Assembly: GCF_006345805.1 (NCBI RefSeq)
Contig: NC_043010.1
Span: 15,004,001 to 15,068,000, forward strand
Direction of reading: 5' to 3'
From: Octopus sinensis
Lineage: Eukaryota
DNA length: 64,000 nucleotides
The notes beneath the pieces were generated by a model. It was not told the origin of the DNA. It saw only the letters and a program-made list of their open reading frames with translations, and did not search any database. Each line of letters opens with the position of its first letter. The first letter of the stretch is position 1. Shown here piece by piece: positions 50,013-62,914 of this stretch. The position numbers and the translations under genes were made by a program.

Positions 50013-50374
50013 GTTAAGTTAAGTTAATCTTTTTGGCTCAAAAAGCAAAAAAGCAAGGCCATGTAGGGGGGACATGGAGTTATGTACAGGGAGGGTGTTC
50101 ATGCAAAGAGTTCAGGCCATTTCTGGTCAAGAGAGACTTTGAACCGAGCGGTCGTCGGCATCTTCACCATCTCGTCCGGCAGCTTATTCCACGGATCCGC
50201 AACCCGGACGGAGAAAGCCCCTCTCCTTCGATTGAGATGAAATCGTCGCAGATAGAGCTTTTCGGAGTGACCCCGCAGCCGACGCTCTGGAGTAGGAGTG
50301 CAGACAGCTCTTTCGAGAGGTTACACTTTCCGCTTATGATGTTGTGAGCAAGAATGAGATCACCACGTCGTCGT
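50013..50374 (-). mobile_element. CR1-clade LINE 3' end with (TTAAC)n tail
   Basis: Minus strand RRRGDLILAHNII / RLRGHSEKLYLRRFHLNRRRGAFSVRVADPWNKLPDEMVKMPTTARFKVSLD, a CR1-type C-terminus. Confidence 0.9.
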
Positions 50375-50575
50375 GTATAGTTAGTGTATATTGTGTGTAT
50401 ATTGTTGTGTTTGTTTAATGTTTGTATTTAGATACAAACAATATGAGGGATCACTATATGGATCCCTTATATGCTAAAAATAGACGTCAAACCGTCCAAC
50501 CACTAAATCTGCGTTCTCAACTTAGTAAGACGTTAGATGTTTACGAGCAAGACAAATGAAAAAAAAATAAACATA

Positions 50576-51095
<520 letters not shown>

Positions 51096-51408
51096 GTACG
51101 AGCACGTAATTCCTTATCTTAAGGTTTCGACAGGAACAATTCAATAATTCTCCTCAGTGAAATCGTTGCTTACACACCAATGCAACTAGACACCAACCGT
51201 CAGCGTTTTTTGTATCAATGTTTACATTATTTACATTATTTACATTCGATGGACATTTGTCCTCATCTTGTTTGTTGTTAAATACAACCTTTCGGCTGAC
51301 ATACCCTCTAATCTTCTTCAGGTGTCTTGGGGAAATTTCGAACTTGGGTTCTTATTCCTAAGGTATTTTTCGATTATTATCATTCAGGTTCTCATCTTGT
51401 TTATTGTT

Positions 51409-51467
51409 AATCGAACTCGGAATCTTGGGGTTAGTAGCCTGCGCTCTTAACCACTACGCCATATGCC
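51409..51467 (-). promoter_or_regulatory. tRNA-like module (Pol III A/B boxes) inside the PLE 3' region
   Basis: Minus strand GGCATATGGCGTAGTGGTTAAGAGCGCAGGCTACTAACCCCAAGATTCCGAGTTCGATT; 3' acceptor arm missing. Confidence 0.7.
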
Positions 51468-51769
51468 TGTGGGCAATTATGGAGTGAATTTCAGGGCTTA
51501 GAAATCCGATATTTTTCTATCATCCCTTAATATCGGTTCCCATAAGCTGCTCATATCTGCATTCGGTCTCCTTAGGAGGTTCTTGTGTCCTAGTAATAGT
51601 GCTGCTTGTTTTAGTTTTAGTATTTTCCAGTGGTGTTCTCTGCCTATTATTTTAACTTTATTTTTCCATACATGGTCTCCATGTTTCCATACATGATCAG
51701 CTAAACCCGATTTATCAATATCTAATAAATCCGCTTTTTAAACGGTTTTAGTCGCAGAAATTTCCCCTA

Positions 51770-51805
51770 GAGACCTGAAGAAGGCCAGAGCCGAAACGTT
51801 GTGTT
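51770..51805 (+). ncRNA. Minimal hammerhead ribozyme motif in the PLE terminal repeat
   Basis: GAGAC-CTGAAGA-A-GGC-CAGA-GCC-GAAA-CG-TT-GTGTT; degraded inverted copy at 51281-51326 has stem I strand GACAC. Confidence 0.7.
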
Positions 51806-51924
51806 AACAACAAACAAGATTTAGGAGAAATATCCATCGAATGTAAATAACGTAAATAAGTTACATAATTCCTCATCTCCTAAATATAGAACTGCTTACA
51901 TATTTAGTGTGTATTTGTAAATGC

Positions 51925-52310
51925 GTAGCCGTATTTCGTCTGCCGTTACGTTCTGAGTTCAAATTCCGCCGAGGTCGACTTTGCCTTTCATCCTTTCGGG
52001 ATCCATTAAATAAAGTACCAGTTACGCACTGGGTTTAATATAATGGACTAAAACCCTTTATCTGTCCTTGTCTGTCCCCTCTATGTTTAGCCCCTTGTGG
52101 GCAATAAAGAAATAAGAAACGTTAGCACGCCGGGTGAAAATGTATAGCGGTATTTCGTCTGTCTTTATGTTCCGCGTTCAACTTTCGCCGAAGTCGACTT
52201 TACCTCTCATCCTTTCAGGATCGGTAAAATATGTACCAGTTGCGTACTGGCGCCGATCTAATCGACTGGTCCCCTCCCCCAAAATTTCGGGCCTTGTGCC
52301 TAGAATAAAA
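51925..52310 (+). mobile_element. Two tandem SINE-C units (second has the older tail)
   Basis: Homology to 44325 and 17783. Confidence 0.85.
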
Positions 52311-52494
52311 AAGACTATTTTTACATAGTGTATGTGTGCATGTGTGTGTGTGTGAGCGTATATTGTGTCTCTGTGCAATGCTTGCGTGGTGTATATAGTG
52401 GACTGTATTTGTTTGATGTCTGTCTTGTGTGTCTCTATATTCTTTGTATATGCTTAAATATGTGTGTATTTCGGTGTGTATGTATTATATTTAC

Positions 52495-52734
52495 TCTTTA
52501 CTCTCTTTTACTCTTTTACATGTTTCAGTCATATGATTGCGGCCATGCTGGAGCACCGCCTTTAGTCGAGCAAATCGGACCCCGGGACTTATTCTTTGTA
52601 AGCCCAGTACTTATTCTATCGGACCCTTTTTCCGAACCGCTAAGTTACGGGGACGTAACACACCAGCATCGGTTGTCAAGCGATGTTGGGGGGACAAACA
52701 CAGACACACAAACATATACACACACACACATATA

Positions 52735-52776
<42 letters not shown>

Positions 52777-52942
52777 TACGACAGGCTTCTTACAGTTTCC
52801 GTCTACCAAATCCACTCACAAGGCATTGGTCGGCCCGAGGCTATAGCAGCAGACACTTGCCCAAGGTGCCACGCAGTGCGACTGAACCCGGAATCATGTG
52901 GTTGGTAAGCAAGCTACTTACCACACAGCCACTCCTGCGCCT
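52495..52942 (-). mobile_element. SINE-A, full length
   Basis: Reverse complement of 5147-5540. Confidence 0.9.
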
Positions 52943-53322
52943 ATTTATATAGTTAATGTGTGTTATGTGTCTGAGTGTGTGTGTATACATTCAGTGCGCG
53001 CACACGTTAAATGTGTCCATGTAATGTGCGTGTATGTTTAGTGGGTGTGTGTATATTTATGTGCATGCTTAATGTGTGTGTGAGAGTGTGTGTCGTATGA
53101 TTATAGTTTGTAACATAGAACTGTTATGTATCTGTGTATGTGTCAGTGTTTGGTACGTGTGGTAAGTTGTGTGTGTATGTATGTGTATGTTTGTGGTTAT
53201 CTCTGTGTTGTATGTCTTTGTGTTGTGTGTATGCAGTGTGTGCTTCATGAAAGTATTATTCCACGCGTGCGCGCACCTGTGTGTGTGTGTGTGTGGGCCT
53301 GAGACTATATGTTGTGGGACAT

Positions 53323-53556
53323 TAGGCGGCGAGCTGGCAGAACCGTTAGCACGCCGGGCGAAATGCATAGCCGTTTTTCGTCGGTCGATACGTTCCGAGT
53401 TCAAATTCCGCCGAGGTCGACTTTGCCTTTCATCCTTTCGGGGTCGATAAATTAAGTACCAGTTACGCACTGGGGTCGATGTAATCGATTTAATCCGTTT
53501 GTCTGTCCTTGTTTTCCCCCTCTGTGTTTAGGCCCTTGTGGGTAGTAAATAAATAG
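53323..53556 (+). mobile_element. SINE-C monomer, 16-bp TSD ATATGTTGTGGGACAT
   Basis: Direct repeats 53307-53322 and 53557-53572 define a ~234-bp monomer. Confidence 0.93.
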
Positions 53557-54354
53557 ATATGTTGTGGGACATAATGTTGTGTGTCTTTGCATGTGTGTGT
53601 GTGTGCAGGGTGACGTGCAGTCTACGCGTGTGTCCTGTGTGTGTTGAGAATGTGTTGTCTGTATTTGTATTGCGTACGTATGTTCAATATACATATATGT
53701 GTATATACTTTATAACTATATTCAACGTGTGTAACATACGTGTATACGGGAGTGTGTGTGTGATGCGTTCTATGAACGTATCTGTGGCTATTTGACATGT
53801 CTTCTCAATATGTATGTTGAGCAAGAATCGGCGTATGTGTTGCATGGTTGCAATAAGTGTTTATTCTGTGCTCATGTGTTTGTGTATGTGATTTTGCATG
53901 TGTCTATATTTTGAGCTAATATGACCTGTTGTGTCTTTTTGTGTATGCACTTGTGTTTGTGTGTGTGTGTGTGTTGTGTGTGGGTTTGTGTTTGCCTGTA
54001 TTTAGTATACAGAATGTCCTCCTGAGATATTTCCCGTCTCCAATGTTGTGATATTTATAACCGGCGCCGCTACTTTCACTTCCCTCTATTTCCGTTTGAA
54101 GTACTATAAGTTATAATCATGTAAATGGTTTATGTATTATCATATTTCACATTGGATACATACACAAACCAAATGAATATAAATATATATATATATATAT
54201 ATAATATATATATATATATATAGGGATATACATATATATATATATATATACATACACACACCATATATAATATATATAAATGTATATATTCATACTTACA
54301 TATGTGTGTGTATATATATATATTATATATATATATATATATTATATATATATA

Positions 54355-54541
54355 AAGTTAATCCAAACAACAACGCGAGGACGTGGAACAAATATAGTAT
54401 TATTGGACGCTCAGGAAAGAAGGAAAGATGGAGAATTTTAACGTTTCGAGCGGAGCTCTTCGTCGGAAACATAGGAGAAGGAAAGATCCAGAGAAGGGAA
54501 GACAGAGGAAAAAAATCGCCAACGGTACGCACGAGGTCACA
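54355..54541 (-). mobile_element. Family P2 element with minimal hammerhead variant, between (TA)n tracts
   Basis: Minus strand GTTT-CCGACGA-A-GAGC-TCC-GCTC-GAAA-CG-TT-AAA (54437-54470). Confidence 0.7.
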
Positions 54542-54542
54542 T

Positions 54543-54587
<45 letters not shown>

Positions 54588-54592
54588 GTATG

Positions 54593-54626
<34 letters not shown>

Positions 54627-54806
54627 TGTATGTATGTATGTATGTATGTATTCCACCCGATGAAGCGCCTACACACGGCTGCTGCTGAAAAATGTTCAGC
54701 TATGTGGGAGTCATGAAGAATGGTCTTGTGTAATAGCATTTGAATATACAACCGAGTAAGTTAAAGCTGTTGTGTGGTGTAGAAACGAATGTTGTGATCT
54801 ACTTGA

Positions 54807-55140
54807 AGGCGCATGGCCCAGTGGTTAGAGCGTCGAGCTTACGATCGTGAGGTTGTGAGCTCGAATCCCGGACCGGGTTGCGTGTTGTGTTGTCGAGCGA
54901 GACACTTTATTTCACGTCGCTCCAGTTCACTCAGCTGTAGAAATGAGTTGCGAAGTCACGGGTGCCAAGCTGTATTGGCCCCTTTGCCTTTCCCTTGGAT
55001 AACACTGGTGGCGTGGAGAGGGGAGACCGGCATGCATGGGCGACTGCTGGGTCTTCCATAAACCACCTTGCCCAGACTTGTGACTAGGAGGGTAACTTTC
55101 TAGGTGTAATCCCATGGTCAGTGTCGTGACCGAAGGGGGA
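54807..55140 (+). mobile_element. tRNA-derived SINE (B-like head, distinct central domain and tail)
   Basis: AGGCGCATGGCCCAGTGGTTAGAGC...GAGCTCGAATCCC, then GACACTTTATTTCACGTCGCTCCAGTTCACTCAGCTGTAGAAATGAG. Confidence 0.75.
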
Positions 55141-55190
55141 CCCGACCGACCTCATGTTGTTTTATTCTTGTATTAATCTTATATCAAAGA

Positions 55191-55576
55191 AGGAGGCGCA
55201 ATGGCCTAGTGGTTAGGGCAGCGGACTCGCGGTCGTAGGATCGCAGTTTCGATTCCCAGACCAGGCGTTGTGAGTGTTTATTGAGCGAAAACACCTAAGG
55301 CTCCACGAGGCTCCGGCAGGGGATTGTGGTGATCCCTGCTGTACTCTTCCGCCACAACTTTCTCTCACTCTTACTTCCTGTTTCTGTTGTACCTGTATTT
55401 CAAAGGGCCGGCCTTGTCACTCTCTGTGTCACGCTGAATATCCCCGAGAACTACGTTAAGGGTACACGTGTCTGTGGAGTGCTCAGCCACTTACACGTTA
55501 ATTTCACGAGCAGGCTGTTCCGTTGATCGGATCAACCGGAACCCTCGTCGTCGTAACCGACAGAGTGCTTCCATCC
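55191..55576 (+). mobile_element. SINE-B, full length, TSD ATATCAAAGA
   Basis: Direct repeats 55181-55190 and 55577-55586. Confidence 0.92.
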
Positions 55577-56011
55577 ATATCAAAGAGGAGTTCCATATGT
55601 GTATCAATCCCTGGAATACACCCTACTGTAGCATAACATATGATATCCAAATAACGACAGAATAGGTTTCAAATGCACGTTACGAAGTCTTCCCTCGAAT
55701 GATTCTAAATTATATATCTCCAAGTTTAGCGAGTGGTGTAGATATAATCCAAGCAACATATATTTCATAGTTAATAGAGACTCGAAAATAGTAATTAAAA
55801 TCGAATCTCCAGCGGGTCAACATGAGTTCCCATGACGACAGTGTTGATTTCTTTTGATCTGATGAGTCGCTAGCTGATTACCCTTCGTTTGGATAATTAC
55901 TACTTCCAAGATTCTGTTGACTATGAAACGTATGTAGCCAGCATGACACGTATTTTCCCCATGATTTCCATGTTCAGAGAAGTCAAGAGGGAAATAGATT
56001 GAACCTTACAT

Positions 56012-56411
56012 TCATCATCATTGTTCGACCGTGGTCGAGACAATGGAATTTACTATGTTACGACAGACTTCACGGTCCATCATAGCATTATGGAGGTCCT
56101 GTTTCTGGATGCCTGTATCCTTGGAGATTACATCAGGGTAGGAGAGTGTGCGCCCTCTGGTAACACGAGCAGATGGCTTCCAGAGGAGAAGAGCAGAAAT
56201 TACCTCGTTTTCAGCTCTACAACAATGTCCAGCAAACTGGACTCTTCTACCTTTCACAAGAGATGATACAGGTGGTAATTTCCCATATATTTGTACTTTG
56301 GTTGGATGACACTTCCATGAGAGATTTTGAGCTCTCATAAGGGGGCGGGACGTTATCAAAGAAGCTTGAGAAGCAGTTGGATGGAACTTACACTCGCCTC
56401 CTTATGAGAGC
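56012..56411 (-). mobile_element. RTE/RTEX-like LINE 3' end with inverted 5' segment
   Basis: 56012-56347 is the reverse complement of ~41654-41990; 56348-56411 equals 41607-41670 in forward orientation. Confidence 0.88.
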
Positions 56412-57120
56412 ACGAAGAGGTCATTCTTGATCGTCGTAACGCAAGTCTTCAGCTGCCCGCCCGCGCGTTTCCGCCAGTTGGGAAGTGGAGTCCCGTATTA
56501 GCTAATTTTAATCCATTATTGGATAACATTGTTTCTTAACTTTTACTAAACTTCTCAGACAATATACTGCTCTATTTGAGGATCGACCCTCATTATAGCA
56601 CAAGAGTGTTCACCATCTCGTAGCCGTTCAATAATATTCTCTATAAGCTACGTTTCTTAGTAGTCGTTTAGTAGCAGCTATAGGTCATATCATGTCATAC
56701 GAACTGATACCGATGAAAAGAGACGGAGTTTATGCGTCAACCAAAGTCAATCAGCTTCTGAACATCTCGTGGCTACCGCACTACTAAGGACTAAACCATC
56801 TGAACGATCAGACTTACTTCTACAAACTTAAAACTTTCAGCAGTTCAGATTTAAGTTCCAAACATCTAAAACAAATATTTTATCTTCACGCCATGTGTTG
56901 AATGCTATTTTCTTTTATTTGTACACCTACACACACACACACAGACAAACACAAATGTACACACACACACAAATACACTCACACACACACAAACGTACAC
57001 ATACACATAGATTTACACGCACACACACGTACACACACGTACACATACACATTCACACACAAACTCCATACACACGAATACAAATATGTGTGTGCATGCG
57101 CGTATGTATCTATGCGCGCG

Positions 57121-57165
<45 letters not shown>

Positions 57166-57311
57166 TGCGTGCGTGTGTGTGTGTGTGTGTGCACGTATGT
57201 AGGGTCTGCTGGCATTTTAATTAAAATGGCGTCCGTTGAAAACACGTAGTTTTTAGAAGTGATGCAACTCCCATCGGAAATTCAGTTGGCTTGCTTTTAA
57301 TGGGAGAGAGA

Positions 57312-57518
57312 AACAACAACAGCAACAACAACACCAGCACCACCACCACCACCACCAGCACCACCACCACCACCAGCACCACCACCAGCACCACCACCAC
57401 CACCAACAACAACAGAGAAATTTCTTTCGGCAATAGAATTGCATAGCGACAGTGGTGATAACAAACACTACAGCCCCGAAAACAATAACAACCACAGCAA
57501 AAACAACAACCACAACTG

Positions 57519-57550
<32 letters not shown>

Positions 57551-57552
57551 GC
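57312..57552. repeat. (AAC)n/(ACC)n/(ACT)n trinucleotide tract
   Basis: Visible. Confidence 0.95.
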
Positions 57553-57742
57553 AATGGCGGTACATGCAATTATGTAACGATAGAAACAAAAAGACTGAAC
57601 ACGTCTCCCAATTCTGTGGAACATAATGGACAAATTTTGGCGTTTCATGCTGAGACTGTTTTAATTAACGGGAGGAAATAGTCGTTAAATGTATTGTGAA
57701 GAAACTTTACTTGACTACATACAGACACACATATACACACAA

Positions 57743-57777
<35 letters not shown>

Positions 57778-57907
57778 CTTACACACATACATACATATGT
57801 ACGTATACAAATATTGCGAAATTTATGAGTGTATACATACATACATTAATATATATATATATTAATATATATATATATATATATATAATATATTATATAT
57901 ATATAAT

Positions 57908-57947
<40 letters not shown>

Positions 57948-58401
57948 CGTAGTAGAGCAGTGTAAGATTTATATATCTATGTATACACCCCTTTTCTCAC
58001 TCATATGTATATAACTCTTCTATATGTATGTTTGCTTTTACAAAGGGGATAGAAGTGAATACGCAATGTATTGTTTAGCGTACGTTATATTACTTTAGAA
58101 GTTAAATATGTTTGTGTGTATGTGTGTGTGTGTATGTCTGTGTCTGCCTCTGTGTTTGGATATGTAATGTATGTATAATATATATATATATATAAAATTA
58201 ATCAAAGGATATACTAAGAATGTCTACCTGCTTGAAGTAACAGTCAAAACTCTTATTAAATCGGCAAAAATACACTGATGAAAACTACAGAAATCAAACG
58301 AAGGCAAAATCAAGTTAAGATAATCTATTAACATACATTTAAGTATTTGGACTCATGCGGACCGGTTTCTGCATTGATAAAATAAAACCATATATATATA
58401 T

Positions 58402-58703
58402 AAACAATTGCAGCGTGGAAGGTGTTTGTAAGCCATTTAAGAAACACACAAAAGCCGTTCGATTCACTTCAACATTTAAGTTTAATTTGTCAAAATATTT
58501 TCACTGACAAGAATCCGTGCTGTCAGTGAACAGGTCGCGGATTTTAGCGACGAAAATATTTTGACAAATTAAACTTAAATGTTGAAGTGAGTCGAACGGC
58601 TTTTGTGTGTTTCTTAAATGGCTTACAAACATCTTCCACGCTGCAAATTGTTTTCGTTCCAACACACGATCTCAGATCAAATCACTTGCTATGCGAGTAC
58701 ATT
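58402..58703. mobile_element. Palindromic PLE-terminal-repeat-like element between (TA)n tracts
   Basis: 58402-58502 is the reverse complement of 58552-58653; the extension 58646-58703 recurs inverted at 20457-20514. Confidence 0.8.
58521..58566 (+). ncRNA. Minimal hammerhead ribozyme variant with G3:C8 core
   Basis: TGTCA-GTGAACA-G-GTCGC-GGATTTTA-GCGAC-GAAA-ATAT-TT-TGACA: 5-bp stems I and II, palindromic AATATT stem III. Confidence 0.65.
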
Positions 58704-58738
<35 letters not shown>

Positions 58739-59003
58739 GTTAGGATCCCAGAAAGACAGGGTCTCACTGAAGAATTCTCCATGAGCAAAATAAATTATCT
58801 TTATTGCTGAAAAGAAAGAAAACTGCAGTCTGAGAATTACCGGTTTAGTAATGTTTTATCTTCATTTCACTTAATTTATCAAGCTTCTGTATTCCTAGCA
58901 CATGTTTCGCCTTAATGTACTGATATATGAAAAATATATGGCTTGTGTTAGTAATACCAGCGATTATAATTATTTTTATTTTATCGCATTTGATTTGTTT
59001 ATA

Positions 59004-59050
<47 letters not shown>

Positions 59051-59300
59051 ATATATTTATATATATACATATATATACATATATATATAAGGTATTAACA
59101 ATGCTACAGAAGTTACTCGTGAGTTTCGTATTTCGTGCATAAAATTTTATAGATTCGTAGAAGTTTTATACATAGAGTTGATTTGGAATATTTTGCGTGG
59201 TCGATGGGTGGAATTGTGTAGTTTATGCGACAAGCATACTTAGTTCTACTAAATTCTATGCCATTAAATGTATGCATGTACACGTAAATACTTAACTCTC

Positions 59301-59435
59301 AGGCGTGGCTGTGCGGGAAGAAGTTCGCTTTCAAACCACACGGTTCTGTGTTCGGTCCCACTGTGTATCATCTTGGAGAGCTGTTCTTCATTACAGCCCA
59401 TGGTTGACCAAGGTCTTTCGAGCGGATTAGTTAGA
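59301..59435 (+). mobile_element. Diverged SINE-A 5' half
   Basis: AGGCGTGGCTGTGCGGGAAGAAG...GTTCGGTCCCACTG. Confidence 0.65.
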
Positions 59436-59443
59436 AAGAAAGT

Positions 59444-60020
59444 GTGAGGATCTTTGGGCATGTATCCAGTGAGGGTGGTGTCATGCCACGCCACAGCTTT
59501 GAACAAAGCCTAAAGCTCAATTCAGACGGCCTTGTAAAACTGTTGGAGACTGTGGTGAATCCTTGGCTGGAAAGGGTTGCTGCTGGAAGACCATATGTGC
59601 GGCTCGTTACCATGCATCCGAAACGAGTCATATGGCTGTCGGAGAATTTCTACGACTTCACCAGCGCTAATTTATGGCCTGCTAATTCCACTGATCTTAA
59701 TTCCATAGATTATTATGTGTGGAACGCGGTTGAGAAAAAAACATCAGCTATTCTATCTGCATCACCAAGGCCGAGCAAATGGACAAAATCAATGAGGTGT
59801 TTGAAGATCTTTCCAAGGATGCAGTGGTGAACGTATGCGTCAGGTTTTGTAGCCGTCTTTAGACCTTAAAGGAAGCTTAGGTTGCTTACTTTGAATAAAA
59901 TGTTATTTCCCAGCAATTACCTAGGTGATATTTTGGTCTTTTAAAACACTTTTGTTTCTGGTTAAGATATTGTATTTCCTTTTCCTCTTATGCAAACTGT
60001 CAAATTTAGCCCGAACACGT
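59444..60020 (+). pseudogene. Tc1/mariner-superfamily (maT/DD37D-like) transposase remnant with 3' end
   Basis: FGHVSSEGGVMPRHSF...VVNPWLERVAAGRPYV...WLSENF...WPANSTDLNSIDYYVWNAVE (WPxNSPDLNPxDYxVW motif). Confidence 0.85.
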
Positions 60021-60071
60021 TAATGCCCTCATTCATATATATGTGAATGTGTACACACACACACACTTACA

Positions 60072-60112
<41 letters not shown>

Positions 60113-60821
60113 CACGCACACACACACATACACATACACACATATGTGCGTATACGTATTCGTATACTCATATAGATATATACATCTATATACATGAATA
60201 TGCGCACATACTCCTTTCGTATTTCTTTTTTGTGTGCCTACACCCATATTTACTCCTTAGAGTGCATGCATGTACGTACATGCACTCATCGATTCACGAG
60301 CATGTGCATGTATGTTCATGCATATATGTACACGTGTCTCTTTAAAAATACGCCATTTGACAAATGTTTGGGATGAAATAAAAACAGCTAGAAATAAAAT
60401 AAGCGTGGAGAAGAAAAACGAATAATGGATAGGAATATAAAACAAAAAAAATGGATCATGAATGTTACAAGGAACAGATAAATGAGAATAAAGCAAAAGA
60501 ATCAGGAATAGCAAAAAAGAGAAAAAAGAGGAAGTTGCGTGAGTAACTGAGACACTGAGAAGGTAAAGAAAATAGTGAAAGATAAATTCATGTGTATATT
60601 TTCAGAGGCTGATGGAATAGGAAACATTACGAGTGTGGGTAAGTGACGGAGACGAAGCAGCCAGCGAAGACTATAAGAATGACGATCGTAGCACCCCTCA
60701 CTATATTTTAAGGGAGGGGAGATTCGGTAATATTGAAAGTTATTTAATGAATCTAGTATCCATAGTTGTGTAGTAGATCACATTATATCATTATTATGGC
60801 TCAACACCGTGAACAGAGCGC

Positions 60822-61763
60822 TCTCTTATTATAACATAAAGTGATATGAAGAGATGTATTAAGAAATAGCTTTATTAGGTGAGTCTCTTTACTACATATG
60901 GGGGGAATTCTGTCTGTAGGTGAGTTTGTGGAGTTGTTAGCTAACTCCTCCTACATCGTTTCATCGATTTTGATGAAACTTCACACGTGAGTAGAACTCA
61001 TGTCCAGAAACCTCATGGCATACTTAGATTATTGAAAAACATCGATAACAAGGCCTCTGAAAGGGATCCTTATATTTATCTAATATATTTTATTTTAAAA
61101 ACCAAGAGGAATAACCCAGGGAAACTTTTATATATAGCCAAGGGAAATAACCCATTCATTTTCCTAAGCTATTTGGTAAAAAATGGAAACTGAGTATGCA
61201 TATTTCTTAGTAATTTGAATTCAATACAACCCTTAAACAAGTAAATAGTATTTTCCTAAACAATAGATCCACTTATTTCGGTTAGTGACTTATTCACGAA
61301 TATACCAACACTAGCGTCTCTGAGGGTAATATTCTCTGAGAACGCACAAAAGCCCTTTTTATAGTTATTTAATTTTAATTGTTATTATCTAATATCTGAT
61401 TAGCTTGTTATTACGTAACATGCTCCACGATTTTAGTATACATAACTTATTACTATTTCCTCCTATGTTCTATATACTCTGGGAACATATTAAAGCCCTT
61501 TTCGGGGGCTACTTTATTTGAAATCTTACTATCGGGTAATTAATTTCATGTTCTTGAATAACGGACTTTACAATGTGTATTCTTAACTTATTGTGAATTC
61601 CCAAAAACAAGATCCTGTGTAAAACAGTTCGGCATTCTCTGCAAATGCTCAAAACCCGTTTTAAGGGCTGCATACTTTGTATTGTGGTAATTGGATTAGC
61701 GAAACATGAGAACGGAACCATGGAATTACCGCTTTCCCGGGAATTACCGGGTACGTCAGCTAG
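60822..61763 (+). mobile_element. Probable non-autonomous Helitron (5' end uncertain)
   Basis: 3' hairpin CCCGGGAATTACCGGG followed by CAGCTAG|T at 61760-61764. Confidence 0.5.
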
Positions 61764-61967
61764 TATACAAAATATACATGCACAAGGTTTGAGTGGCTAT
61801 GGGAGTTTCTTTTTATATGTTTACTATCCGTATGGGTGTATACGCTTGTTTCTTCACAGAATTTTCATGATCCCGAGTGAAGGGAAATCTTTGTAAAATA
61901 ATAGTTTCGTTTATCTGCCGTTAAAACAGAACAGCCCAAGCCGCACATATAAAGAAGAATATTATAT

Positions 61968-62536
61968 CTTTTAACTTTTATTTGTTTCAATTGTCGGATT
62001 GCGGCCATGCTGGTGCACCACCTTGAAGAGTTTATTCGAACAAATCGACCCTAGTACTAATATGCTTGGTACTTATTCTGTTGGCCACTCTTAACAAACC
62101 GCTAAGTTACGGAGACGTCACCAGACCAACATCGGTTTTCAAGCGTAGGATAGGGAAACATAAACACAAAGACATGCAGAGAGAGAGAAAGAAAGAGAGA
62201 AAATAGAAAGAGAGAAATAGAAAAAGAGAGATAGAAAGAGAGAGACAGACAGAAAGACAGAGAGAGTGAGCAGGCACACCACACACAACACACACACGTA
62301 TATTATATATACATACATAGAGAAAAAGTGAGAGAGAAGGGGAGACAGACAGACATAGAGAGAGACAGAGAGTGAGGGGGGATTCTCACGAAATTTTTGT
62401 TTACTAAATTCACTCACACAGCATTGATCGGCCCTACGCTATAACAGGTACCGCGCATTGGGACTTAAACCCAAACAGTGTTAAGTTGCAAACCAGACAT
62501 AAAGCTGGATAGTTACCACACAGTCGTGCAAGCACC
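61968..62536 (-). mobile_element. Diverged SINE-A with internal (GA)n expansion
   Basis: TGCGGCCATGCTGGTGCACCACCTT...ACCGCTAAGTTACGG...TACTAAATTCACTCAC...TTACCACACAG. Confidence 0.7.
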
Positions 62537-62914
62537 TATATACAATAAATCTCTCTCTTCCTCACATTTGATAATGTGACAAATATCAGGAACGGATATA
62601 CCATTTTTATATCTTAATTCAATTTTGCGTCTATATTTTCGCATGTATGTAAAAATCAATCACACAGTCATTGTAATTCTGGTTCAATGATCGAACACAC
62701 GCTTTACAACAAAAACAAATGTATATTGAGATGTTGTATTTTGAGAATTCTGCATCCTCATTGAGAACGAAGACTTCTTAACCGACATTGATGTTATTTG
62801 CAGACTGGGAACCTATCAAAGCTAAAGACGGACAAAGATTCCTGTCGCGTAGGCGCGTCGTGAAACGCATTTCAGGGGCTGCTACGGGAGAAAGAGTGCT
62901 CAGAAATAACAGTG

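Larger units (their letters stand above)
51221..51885 (-). mobile_element. 5'-truncated Penelope-like element with inverted terminal-repeat segments
   Basis: 51221-51337 and 51757-51860 are inverted repeats; 51722-51498 reads DIDKSGLADHVWKHGDHVWKNKVKIIGREHHWKILKLKQAA...* (PLE GIY-YIG C-terminus). Confidence 0.85.

Noticed and set aside
54653-54708. CCGATGA-AGC...GCT-GAAA hammerhead candidate
   Set aside because: Stem I cannot form next to the cleavage site and a competing hairpin (GCTGAA/TTCAGC) sequesters GAAA.
55859-55890. CTGATGAGTC hammerhead-like start
   Set aside because: No GAAA follows the putative stem II.
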